Shown one piece after another: positions 28,657 through 37,474 of a stretch of DNA of 37,474 nucleotides. This DNA is from Promethearchaeota archaeon (GTDB lineage: Archaea; Asgardarchaeota; Lokiarchaeia; Sigyniarchaeales; SOKP01), in assembly GCA_048941265.1 (NCBI GenBank), contig JBHLNT010000024.1, positions 1-37,474 on the forward strand, written 5' to 3'. Position numbers and translations under genes: made by a program. Position 1 is the stretch's first letter, and each line of letters begins with the position of its first letter. The notes beneath the pieces are model-generated. The model had not been told where the DNA came from. It saw only the letters and a list, made by a program, of their open reading frames with translations, and ran no database searches.

Positions 28657-29463
28657 ATGGAGAATGATAAGTTTTTAGAAGGTAAAGTCGCTTTAATTAC
28701 TGGCGCAGGAGGCGGATTTGGAAGAGAAATGGCAAAAATTTTCGCAAGTAGAGGAGCAAATTTGGTCATTAATGATATTAATATGGACGGCTTAGAGCAA
28801 ACCCGTGATATCATTCTAAAAGATTACAATGTTGAAACTCTCTTAGCGAAAGCCAATATAACTAATTCAGAAGAAGTAAATAATATGGCTGACAAAGTTT
28901 CAGAGAAATTTAATAATGTATTTTTATTAGTAAATAACGCTGGGATTGATGGGGGTTTATATACTTCACTTAAGGCTAAAGAAGAAATATATGATAAAGT
29001 TATGGCTGTAAACGTAAAAGGTGCATGGAACATAACAAAAGCTTTTTTTAAACAAATGAAACGTCAAAAACATTTTCAACCTATTAGAGGAAAAATTATT
29101 AATATTGCATCTTGTGCTGGAACGGAGAATGGTATAAATCCCTTAATCGGAGTTTATAGTGCAAGTAAGGCTGCACTTATCGCTTTTACTAAACTATGGG
29201 CTCTTGAATTAGGATCAAGTAATATAACTGTAAATGCTATTTCACCAGGTGTCTTCTTAACTCCTATATATAATAATGATCCTAAATTAATAAGACAATT
29301 CTTAGATACGCGCGGCGTAAAAATCCCGATTGATAGAATAGGTGAAGCTAAAGAAGTTGCTGATCTCGCACTATTTTTAGCATCTCATGCTGCCGATTAT
29401 ATCACAGGTCAAAATTTAATTCTAGATGGTGGAATGACTATCTCTATAAATAAATTAAAATAA
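28657..29463 (+). CDS. Short-chain dehydrogenase/reductase (FabG-like)
   Basis: TGAGGGFG, LVNNAG, YSASK, NAISPG, ITGQNLILDGG. Confidence 0.93.
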   Translation: MENDKFLEGKVALITGAGGGFGREMAKIFASRGANLVINDINMDGLEQTRDIILKDYNVETLLAKANITNSEEVNNMADKVSEKFNNVFLLVNNAGIDGGLYTSLKAKEEIYDKVMAVNVKGAWNITKAFFKQMKRQKHFQPIRGKIINIASCAGTENGINPLIGVYSASKAALIAFTKLWALELGSSNITVNAISPGVFLTPIYNNDPKLIRQFLDTRGVKIPIDRIGEAKEVADLALFLASHAADYITGQNLILDGGMTISINKLK

Positions 29464-29620
29464 TCAATTTAAAAAATGTTTTTTCATATTTTGATTTCCC
29501 TAATAGGCTTTTTATGATAAATAGAAATTATTTATATAAAAGAAATCTCACGATGGAACTAATTTTTAAAAATAAGCGCTATTTTGATATCAGAGATGGT
29601 TCTTAATTAGATAAACTGAA

Positions 29621-30205
29621 TTATTTACCTCTACCTTTATTAGCTCTAATAGAAGGTCTAGTTTTTTCAGAACCCCATCCTTTCTTATATAAGCCTCTGG
29701 CTTTCTTTCCTGCTGACGTCAGTCCCCTTGTGACTCTCTTTTTATGTGCAGATTGACCTATCCAATTTATATTTGGGTCTGATTTTATTACAGGATGAGC
29801 TGGATCAACCAATATAACTTCATAATACCAATTTTTGCCATCAGAATATACTTTATAAGAATTTAAGACTTGCATATTTGGAAATTTTCTCTGAGCTCTC
29901 TCCTCAGCAATCCACTTAAGATTTTTTCCCGTAGTATATTTTGAAACTCCCAGGGCTCGAGGTTTTCTGCCCCCTTTTGGTCTTATCTTATGCATTCCAC
30001 CTTTTCTTATTCTTGCACGAACCATAATATATCCTTGTTTAGCTTTATACCCTAAGGATCTAGCCCTATGAATTTTTGTCGGTCGTTCAATTCTTTCAAC
30101 AGAACGACCCTTTCTATATTCAATGCCACGATACCAGTGAGGTGTATTATATCCTGTTTCGTGAGTTTCAAAAGTCTCCTTTACAAATTTATATCCTGAT
30201 TTCAA
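29621..30205 (-). CDS. rpl15e: 50S ribosomal protein eL15
   Basis: ARSLGYKAKQG, IAEERA.RK.PN.QVLNSY, YEVILVDP.HP.I..DP, RGLTSAGKK.RGL. Confidence 0.97.
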   Translation of the reverse strand: MKSGYKFVKETFETHETGYNTPHWYRGIEYRKGRSVERIERPTKIHRARSLGYKAKQGYIMVRARIRKGGMHKIRPKGGRKPRALGVSKYTTGKNLKWIAEERAQRKFPNMQVLNSYKVYSDGKNWYYEVILVDPAHPVIKSDPNINWIGQSAHKKRVTRGLTSAGKKARGLYKKGWGSEKTRPSIRANKGRGK

Positions 30206-30279
30206 ATTTTAATACACTTATGTTTTGTAATATCTTTTTAAATTAACTAAACCTAAATAATTTTATTATTTTCATGAAT

Positions 30280-31207
30280 TTATAATAATTTTTTTAAATA
30301 GTCTGATATTTTTTCAACAATCATTATGCTTGCTTGGGTCTGGGTCTCCGCTGTCTGGCTTCCTATATGCGGAGTAAGAACTAAATTTTGTTCGCAACTG
30401 CATAAATCCATATTTTTCAGTGGTTCTTCCCTGTATACGTCAAGAGCAGCCCCGCCTATTTTTTTGTTTTTCAATGCCTTTATTAAAGCGGTTTCATCAA
30501 CAAGATTCCCCCTTGCTGTATTAATAAGAATTGCTTTTTTATTCATCAGACCTATTCTTCTTTCATCTATTGTATTTTCAGTTTGTACAGTAGAAGGTAT
30601 ATGCAATGAGATAATCTGAGATTCTTTTATTAATTCATCTACAGAAGGATAAACTCGATATCCCAAATTTATTGCCTTTTCTTTAACAGTTTCGTCAACA
30701 TCGTAAATACCAATATCCATTCCTATCACATCGCATATTTTTGCTACAGCTTGGCCAATATTACCGAATCCTATTAATCCTATTTTTTTTCCTTTTAAAA
30801 TATATCCCATATAATCGTTTTTACACCATTCACCACAATGCATAGTTTGATCTGCTTTTGAAATATGTCTTACTAGACTTAATATTAATCCTATTGTTAA
30901 TTCCGCAACGGATATCGAGGGTGCTTCGGGAGTATTTAATACCTTTATATTTAATTCTTCTGCCTTTTTCAGATCTATATTGTCTAATCCAACTCCTGCT
31001 CTCCCGATTACTTTAAGTTTTTTAGCATTTTCTAAAACTTCTGCGGTGAGCTTAGTTCTCGAACGAATGATTATTGCTTCATAATTTTCAATTTCATGCT
31101 TTAATTCTTCATTTGTTATAGTATATTTTTTCACAATCTTGAAACCGTTTTTTTGTAGGAGATCAATAGCTTCTTCTTGAAGTTTATCAGAAATTAATAT
31201 TCTCATA
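30280..31207 (-). CDS. D-2-hydroxyacid dehydrogenase / D-3-phosphoglycerate dehydrogenase (short form, no ACT)
   Basis: IGRAGVGLDNID, SVAE, GLIGFGNIG, INTARG, ALDVY.EEP, TPHIG; ATG at 31207 (MRILISD) preferred. Confidence 0.9.
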
Positions 31208-31294
31208 ATTCTTAACAAATAATTTTATTACTTTGAATTATTATTTCTAATTAATAAATACTTAAAGGTTTACTTATCAGTAGATGTCAATTAC

Positions 31295-31783
31295 TTGAGC
31301 GAAAAAAAGAATAAAGAAAAAAAAATGTTTAAAAGGGTCAAAATCAAGGAAAAGAATGGTTTATATGTTTCCTATGATAAGAAAGAATTAGAAAAATTTG
31401 TGCCTACCTTGATTTCTGAGATTTCTAATGAAAAAAAAACCTTAAAAATTGATTCTGTTGAAAAAGAAAGTCAAAATGCATCTGATAAGCGAGAAATGCT
31501 CCCCGAGGCCTGTAATTCAAATGAATTGATCGATCCTGGAGCAATTGATTTCATTCGTAGATGTACTACATATGAAGAGGCTTTCGAAATATTAGATTAT
31601 TTACTTAAAAGAAAAGAACTAACTAAAAGTGAATATGAAGAATTTAAGAGGAAATTATCACAAAAGGATGGATTAAAAAACCTCATTGAAGACAGCGGAG
31701 GTTTTAAAAAACCAGGTTATTATGTGGAAAAATATTATAAAAAAGAGTTTTATGATATAAAATCTAAAAATAAAAAAGTTTAA
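31295..31783 (+). CDS. DUF2095 family archaeal protein
   Basis: PGAIDFIRRC.T.EEA.EI.DYL.KR.E.T...K.PGYY. Confidence 0.8.
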   Translation: MSEKKNKEKKMFKRVKIKEKNGLYVSYDKKELEKFVPTLISEISNEKKTLKIDSVEKESQNASDKREMLPEACNSNELIDPGAIDFIRRCTTYEEAFEILDYLLKRKELTKSEYEEFKRKLSQKDGLKNLIEDSGGFKKPGYYVEKYYKKEFYDIKSKNKKV

Positions 31784-31785
31784 AT

Positions 31786-31862
31786 TTATATTGATGATGA
31801 AATTGTGACAAATTGAGTTACTGCTCATAGCTATGATGTTGTCGCCCCAATCTGAAATATAA
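31786..31862 (+). ncRNA. Box C/D guide sRNA; D guide predicts 2'-O-methylation of 23S G2251 (E. coli numbering)
   Basis: Terminal stem TTATATT/AATATAA; C ATGATGA 31794-31800; 12-nt spacer; D' TTGA 31813-16; C' ATGATGT 31833-39; 12-nt guide TGTCGCCCCAAT; D CTGA 31852-55. Confidence 0.88.
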
Positions 31863-31870
31863 GCTTAAAT

Positions 31871-32140
31871 TTATATCATTTTGTAATTATTTTTTCTTTC
31901 TAAATTTTTTTTGAAATTAAGCCCTTTTTCTTTTAAAAAATATTCATTATTTTGCTTCTCAATTAGATTTAAATCAATCAGAACGGGAATTCTCCCTTTG
32001 ATGCAAGAGAGCGGTATACCTGAAAACAATTTTATAGTTTCAATATCCTTAGCTCCGTGGTCAATTGCTAATAATATTTCAATTCCCATATTTCCTAGGA
32101 GATATTTCAAATCATCCAGGGTTTCTTCTTCTTTTGTCAT
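31871..32140 (-). CDS. Small winged-helix protein
   Basis: EILLAI...DIETIK..SGIP...IK.RI..L..LNLIEK....YFLKEKG pattern. Confidence 0.7.
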   Translation of the reverse strand: MTKEEETLDDLKYLLGNMGIEILLAIDHGAKDIETIKLFSGIPLSCIKGRIPVLIDLNLIEKQNNEYFLKEKGLNFKKNLERKNNYKMI

Positions 32141-32169
32141 TTATTACAAATTTTTTTTTCATGTTTCAA

Positions 32170-33036
32170 TTATTCTAAATTCGGCAAATGTTTAATTTCT
32201 GGTATAGAATTGCGGGTCATTATTGGAATCTTTGATAGTCTTCCTTTTGAATTATATTGCAAAAGAATAGCTTCTAATTCATTTACTAGCTCAATTATAT
32301 GTGGTGGTCTTTTTTTATCCCACGTTCTATAAAAATATAATATCTCATCCAAATTCTTGCCTAAATCTTTATTTAGTACCTCATCAATTTTTATAGTTGG
32401 CTTTAAGGGATAGTCAGAAAAGTCTATGTAAATTTTATAACATTGAGTGGGTGATATAGTTAAATAGATATGAAGTTTAAAAATGAAACCATCAATATAT
32501 TCAGTGGCAAATTTTTGCTTAATGTACTTCGCTTCGTTGTATAATATCTCATCTCGTTTATAAACAGATGGTCTTGTTGGATAAAAATCTCTTTTTATTG
32601 GATTTATTATAGACTTACTGCCTATATCCGTCTCTTTTTTTCTTGTATGATGAAGATATTTTGGAATAACTTCCCTTACAACCTTAGCAAAAGATCTAAA
32701 TTTTGAGAGGTCATTATATGTATAATTATTTAAGATGTTTGCGAAGACTTTCACAAAACTATTATATAATTCAATTAAAAGTTCTTCTGGTGGAAGGAAA
32801 TCCCTCTGATGCTGAAAGATTAATAATAAATTATCAAATACACCATAAAAATAACATTTTTCGTTAATCTCAAAATCAATAAATGAATTTGATTTTAGTT
32901 CTTTACTATTATTCATTATCTTTCCTAAAATATTTGATAATTCTTTCTGATTTATTTTAATATTTTCTTCTAAGTATTCTAAAAAAATAAGAGTATTTTC
33001 AACTTTATCTACTATAAAAACGGCCTGAGTACTCAA
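32170..33036 (-). CDS. Longin-like N-terminal domain fused to UEV/RWD (E2-like, no catalytic Cys) domain
   Basis: AVFIVDK..NTLIF...LLLIF...LL.ELYNSF...F......SKF.SF..VV (longin pattern); IDFSDYPLKPTIKI...TWD...PPHIIELVNEL (UBC-like pattern). Confidence 0.62.
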   Translation of the reverse strand: MSTQAVFIVDKVENTLIFLEYLEENIKINQKELSNILGKIMNNSKELKSNSFIDFEINEKCYFYGVFDNLLLIFQHQRDFLPPEELLIELYNSFVKVFANILNNYTYNDLSKFRSFAKVVREVIPKYLHHTRKKETDIGSKSIINPIKRDFYPTRPSVYKRDEILYNEAKYIKQKFATEYIDGFIFKLHIYLTISPTQCYKIYIDFSDYPLKPTIKIDEVLNKDLGKNLDEILYFYRTWDKKRPPHIIELVNELEAILLQYNSKGRLSKIPIMTRNSIPEIKHLPNLE

Positions 33037-33112
33037 TCTATAACTTTATTCTTAATTTAATTGATAGAATAAAATCTTCTAATAAAAAAAATGTTTTTAA
33101 TATTTCTCTATT

Positions 33113-34420
33113 TTATTTTTTCGATGTGTCTTTTTTGACACCTGAAGATAAATCTTCTAAAAATTTATTTATTTTTTCTTCTTTAGTTTTATGTAAATCT
33201 TCCTTATCTCGAATATCCCTTACTTCTTTAAAAATCTCTGCCATTTCTTCTTGTTGTTTCATTAATCTTGGACTATATTTGTTTGCAACAACTGGCTTTG
33301 ATTCTTTTGGCAATAATTTTCTTAAATATTCAGGAAAGGAAGTGGTTATTTGCAAATTAGTTTTTAAAACAATATACCTTTCATTATTAAATTTTAATTC
33401 TTCTATCACATTACATTTTTTCAAAAAATCTATAGTTTCAATTAAATTATCTAATGTTCTCTTGGATACTAATTTAGGTAATTGATCCCTACGTATTATT
33501 CCATCTCTTAATTCTGAAAGAATATTGTATTTTTTTGGATCTGAAATTATTTGAAATAAAATGAAAGAATCTTCTTCTAATTCTTCACTTTTCATTGTTT
33601 CATAATTACTAAAAAACTCCTGAACTTTTGGTAGAAGAAAATCAATCAGTTCTGGGGTTTCATCCCATATGTCAATTACACTATCAGGTGGAATCCTCTC
33701 AGCATTTACCTCCTTTAATAATAATACGTATTTTTCCACCCTCCCTATTTGATTAATAAAAATAAATTGCTTATTTACCAAAATTTCAACCACATTATTG
33801 AAGATCTTGTCAGAAAATTTTGAATTAAACCATTCGGCTAAACCTTCTAAAGTAATTGGCCCTTTTGATAACATTTTTAAAGTTAAGAAAATATGTTTTT
33901 CTTTTAAAAGAAATGCGATTTTTTCTTCTTCAGTTTTTTCTCTAGTTTGCTCAACTGTAGCCCAATATAATTCCTTTACCCATAATTTAATCAAAGCATT
34001 ATTCTTTGTTATATTATTTTTATCAATTTCGTCATCAAAACTATTTAAATCATTAGCATAAAAAGCTGTAAATATTTCTTCATTTGATTGTAATCTTTCG
34101 GAGAACTCATTAAATAAGATTAAAACATTTTGTTCCATATCCAAAGATGTTTGTTGCTCGAAAATGACAGATACCATAAGCATTTCTTTGTTACCTCTTG
34201 CCCAATCAGAATGAATTTCAAAATAATAGTTCATTGAATTGACATTTTCAAATGAATGAGTGAAAAAGCCTTCATTAAAAGTCTGATCCATAATATTAGC
34301 TATTCTTACAGACAAATCATTTTCTAACATGTTTTCTGGATAAGAATAAAATACTATTGGACCGATTTTTCGATGAAACCATGATAATGTAACAATTGTT
34401 TTCAAAAATCGCCTCTCCAA
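33113..34420 (-). CDS. uDENN/longin domain protein with C-terminal winged-helix repeats (NPRL2/FLCN-like)
   Basis: LSWFHRKIGPIVFYSYP and NYYFEIHSDWARGNKEMLMVSVI; two wHTH-like segments downstream. Confidence 0.65.
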   Translation of the reverse strand: MERRFLKTIVTLSWFHRKIGPIVFYSYPENMLENDLSVRIANIMDQTFNEGFFTHSFENVNSMNYYFEIHSDWARGNKEMLMVSVIFEQQTSLDMEQNVLILFNEFSERLQSNEEIFTAFYANDLNSFDDEIDKNNITKNNALIKLWVKELYWATVEQTREKTEEEKIAFLLKEKHIFLTLKMLSKGPITLEGLAEWFNSKFSDKIFNNVVEILVNKQFIFINQIGRVEKYVLLLKEVNAERIPPDSVIDIWDETPELIDFLLPKVQEFFSNYETMKSEELEEDSFILFQIISDPKKYNILSELRDGIIRRDQLPKLVSKRTLDNLIETIDFLKKCNVIEELKFNNERYIVLKTNLQITTSFPEYLRKLLPKESKPVVANKYSPRLMKQQEEMAEIFKEVRDIRDKEDLHKTKEEKINKFLEDLSSGVKKDTSKK

Positions 34421-34713
34421 TTATGGTTATTAAGATTGATTTAATAGAGCGGGCACTAATATATACTGTTTCTTAAAAGTATAAATTCATGTGGTATATA
34501 ATAATTCTCTATTATATATGTATGGATATGATAATAAAATTCCTTTTAATTTGTATATGCTTATCAAAAATTAATATTAAAGATTATATATTCTTAAAAA
34601 TAAATAAATTTATCTTATAAAATCTTCTAATATCAAAAGATTTCTAATGTAAGGAATCATTTATTAAAATTGAATTATCATGAACGAATAAATTAAAAGT
34701 TCTAAATAAAACG

Positions 34714-35466
34714 ATGTGTCCTATAAAGCTAGTGGGATTTGATCTTGATGATTGCCTTTTCGATTCAACTGGTTTGTCTGATAGGGCGAGAATTAAAGGA
34801 ATTGAAGCGATGATTGATTTAGGTCTAAATATTGATCGTGATAAAGCAATTAAAATAATCCATGAAATTGTAAAAGAATATGGTTCAAATTCCTCAAAAC
34901 ATTATAATTATTTCATTAGGAGATATAATCGACTTGAAAGTACAGAAGAAAAGATCTCATATTCATATCAATTTAAATACATCTCTGCCGCTGTTATGGC
35001 ATACCATAAAGAGAAAATTGATTCCATAAAGCTCTACGATGATGTTGAGCCGTGTTTGAAGAAATTAAAACAAATGTCGATTAAAACATCAATTATCACA
35101 GATGGACTTCCAATTAAGCAATATGAAAAAATTTTAAGATTAGGGATAGATCCACTAATAGATCTAACTGTTATTTCAGATGAGATTGGAATAAGAAAAC
35201 CTAATCCAAAACTTTTTGATCATGTTTTAAAAAGATTTGGTGTTTTGGGTCCAGAAACCATATATGTAGGCGATCGAATAGATAAAGACATTATCCCAGC
35301 ACTTCTAAATAATATAACTTCTGTCTATATACATCGAGGGGGAAAATACGATACATATAAGACAGGTATAAAGATACCAGAGGGGACAAAACCAGATTTT
35401 GAAATTTCTAATTTAAATGAGATTTTTGAGATCATAAATGAAATAAATCAAAAAGAAAAAAGTTAA
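34714..35466 (+). CDS. HAD-superfamily hydrolase (archaeal subfamily IA)
   Basis: FDLDDCL, IITDG, RKPNP, YVGDR..KDI. Confidence 0.92.
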   Translation: MCPIKLVGFDLDDCLFDSTGLSDRARIKGIEAMIDLGLNIDRDKAIKIIHEIVKEYGSNSSKHYNYFIRRYNRLESTEEKISYSYQFKYISAAVMAYHKEKIDSIKLYDDVEPCLKKLKQMSIKTSIITDGLPIKQYEKILRLGIDPLIDLTVISDEIGIRKPNPKLFDHVLKRFGVLGPETIYVGDRIDKDIIPALLNNITSVYIHRGGKYDTYKTGIKIPEGTKPDFEISNLNEIFEIINEINQKEKS

Positions 35467-35484
35467 GTTTTTATATTAATTATA

Positions 35485-36303
35485 ATGAAAGTTGCCTGTA
35501 TTCAACCAACAATTTGGGAAGATATCGAAAGAAGTTATTCTCACATTGAATTATTATTAAAGAACTTATTAAGCAAATTTAAAGATTGTGAAATAGCTTG
35601 TTTTCCTGAAAGATGGATCCCATTCACGAATAATATAGCTCAAAATATCCAAAAAGAGAGAGGAGATCACTATAATTTTGTAAAGAGCTTAGCCAGGAAA
35701 TATAAAATTAAGCTTTTATCTGGTGCAATATGGGAAAAACGGCAAACGCTTTCTAAACCATCTATTACATGCTATTATTTCAATGAAAAAGGCGAAGAAA
35801 TAGGAAGACAAGATAAGATACATCTCTACTCTTATGAACAGGGAATTTTCGAGCCAGGAAGGGAGTTAAATATTTTTAAATTAGATAAATCCAAGTTTGC
35901 AATCCTTATTTGTTTTGACATCGCTTTCTTTGAAACTCCTCGTTTAGCCATTGAAAACGGTGCTGATATTTTATTCACTCCCACATTAATTAGAGAGGAT
36001 GGCATGGAAAATTGGAAAATTTATTTGCAAGCTCGAGCTCTTGAAAATAGAATCCCTATAGCTGCCTGTAATCCAGTCGGAAAAATAATGGATAGAAAAT
36101 TTCTTGGAAATAGTAAAATAATATCATTTATCAATGGATTTGTATCACCCTCAAAATTGAGAATAATTGAGGGTCCTGTAGGTGAAAGTGGTTTTGTTTT
36201 TAATGATGTTGATTTAGAATTTCCTAAAAAATTGCGTAAAATTCGATTAAATGAAAAAGTGGAAAAACAAAATATCAATGTTAAGAGGTTTGATAATCAA
36301 TAA
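35485..36303 (+). CDS. Carbon-nitrogen hydrolase (nitrilase superfamily)
   Basis: Catalytic triad FPE, DKIHLY, ICFD; ARALEN. Confidence 0.92.
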   Translation: MKVACIQPTIWEDIERSYSHIELLLKNLLSKFKDCEIACFPERWIPFTNNIAQNIQKERGDHYNFVKSLARKYKIKLLSGAIWEKRQTLSKPSITCYYFNEKGEEIGRQDKIHLYSYEQGIFEPGRELNIFKLDKSKFAILICFDIAFFETPRLAIENGADILFTPTLIREDGMENWKIYLQARALENRIPIAACNPVGKIMDRKFLGNSKIISFINGFVSPSKLRIIEGPVGESGFVFNDVDLEFPKKLRKIRLNEKVEKQNINVKRFDNQ

Positions 36304-36450
36304 TTCTAATAAAATATGAATCTCTCTATTTTATTTAATATTAAATTGAAATGAATAATACTCTTCTCAGTTATTGTTAAATTTTTAATCCTATTAATAG
36401 TGTATTTATCTTAGAATTCTTTTAAACAGAATTTAATTTTACTTTTAATG

Positions 36451-36471
36451 ACCCCTCACTCTGTGAGGGGT
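36451..36471. repeat. Perfect 9-bp GC-rich inverted repeat ACCCCTCAC-TCT-GTGAGGGGT
   Basis: Read directly; isolated in an extremely AT-rich intergenic region. Confidence 0.85.
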
Positions 36472-36520
36472 TTAAATATATAGATAAAAAAAAAAATTAA
36501 AAAAAAAATTTAAAAGAAAA

Positions 36521-37474
36521 ATGATTAGTATATCTAAAAATAATAATGAATATGTAGGACCAAAAGCGATTTTTGATCCAAATTATATACCTCCTAAACT
36601 ATTATTCAGAAAAAAAGAAGAAAATTCATTATATTCAATTCTAAATGACTCAATAACAGATCAGTTTCCTCTTAATATCCTCTATCAAGGAATTGAAGGA
36701 ATTGGGAAAAAAGTAATTATAAATAAAGTTATAAAAGATTTAATTATAGACAATGCGAATTTATTACCTTCTCAGTTAATTTTTATAGACTGTAAGGAAA
36801 GGAATCTTGAAGAATTACTCTTTTCCCTCTTAACTGAGTTAAATAAATTCCCTAGCTTAAACTTTAATTTTAATTCCTTTCTCAACTCAAATATATCACA
36901 ATTATGGAATATTTTTAAATTAGCTAGCAAAAAAATTGATCAAAACCTCTTTTTAATTTTTAATAATATCGAATATATAAAACCGGATTTTTTTAAGAAA
37001 CTTCTATATTTTGGAAAAGAAATGAATCTTACAATAATTTCAACTGTAAATAAAATTTTAAGATCATCGACTCTAGATTATTTATCCGAATTTGACATAA
37101 AAAGAAAGCTCAACTATTTTACGTATCAAGAATTGAATTTAATTCTCCAAAATAGAGCATCTTTAACTTTTTCACATGAAATTGATAAAGAATTGATTCA
37201 ATTCATTACAGACCTAATTTTTGAACATTATGTTCCTGTTCCTGGAAAAGGAATTGAAATTATGAGAGAAATTTACCCATTTCTAAAAACTCAAGATAAT
37301 ATTGAATATTTTAAAATGTTAGAAATTTGTCAGAATCAATTTGATTCTTTTCAAATATCTGATGAATTTAATATGCTTAATTATATTTCTGAGGAAGATC
37401 TTTTAACGATTATTTTTTTAGATAATTTATCTAATACCTTTTCAAAAAAATCGCACTTTTATATTGATTTAAAA
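36521..37474 (+). CDS. Orc1/Cdc6-family AAA+ protein with degenerate ATPase motifs, 3'-truncated
   Basis: Manually translated from ATG 36521: IFDPNYIPPKLLFRKKE, GIEGIGKK, IDCKE, LFLIFNNIEYI, ISTVN, YFTYQELNLILQNRA. Confidence 0.8.
   Translation, partial: MISISKNNNEYVGPKAIFDPNYIPPKLLFRKKEENSLYSILNDSITDQFPLNILYQGIEGIGKKVIINKVIKDLIIDNANLLPSQLIFIDCKERNLEELLFSLLTELNKFPSLNFNFNSFLNSNISQLWNIFKLASKKIDQNLFLIFNNIEYIKPDFFKKLLYFGKEMNLTIISTVNKILRSSTLDYLSEFDIKRKLNYFTYQELNLILQNRASLTFSHEIDKELIQFITDLIFEHYVPVPGKGIEIMREIYPFLKTQDNIEYFKMLEICQNQFDSFQISDEFNMLNYISEEDLLTIIFLDNLSNTFSKKSHFYIDLK

Noticed and set aside
31821-31824. CTGC as D' box
   Set aside because: TTGA at 31813-16 gives the canonical 12-nt spacer and a proper K-turn; CTGC falls in the loop
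15552-36278. Remaining short antisense ORFs (15552, 15625, 16335, 21633, 24052, 24658, 28824, 30326, 31911, 33126, 33798, 36021)
   Set aside because: All overlap well-supported genes on the opposite strand and lack recognisable features

Overview
Very AT-rich archaeal chromosomal segment, most likely Asgard (Lokiarchaeia-like). This is inferred from archaeal housekeeping genes (arcTGT, Trm5, Rpp30/Pop5, eL15, TrpB2, Rqc2, Orc1/Cdc6) occurring together with eukaryotic-signature-type genes (Rab-like GTPase, roadblock, two longin-domain proteins, an EMC6-like membrane protein). The most notable signals are missing from the ORF track. (1) An 18-codon leader ORF (MVPVNNLAWRWQWTWRWR, 5 Trp) with alternative helices and a U-tract lies upstream of trpB2, a candidate ribosome-mediated Trp attenuator in an archaeon. 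(2) Two tRNA genes carry non-canonical BHB introns: Ile-GAT at 59/60, and Arg-TCT at both 19/20 and 59/60. (3) A complete C/D-box sRNA has a D guide predicting 2'-O-methylation of the 23S P-loop G2251 equivalent. (4) A uDENN/longin-wHTH protein keeps an FLCN/SMCR8/NPRL2-like arginine-finger motif, next to a longin-UEV/RWD fusion. (5) A roadblock gene appears to need an ATC start. (6) A partial Orc1/Cdc6 paralog has degenerate ATPase motifs. All assignments are by eye from motifs; no searches were run.
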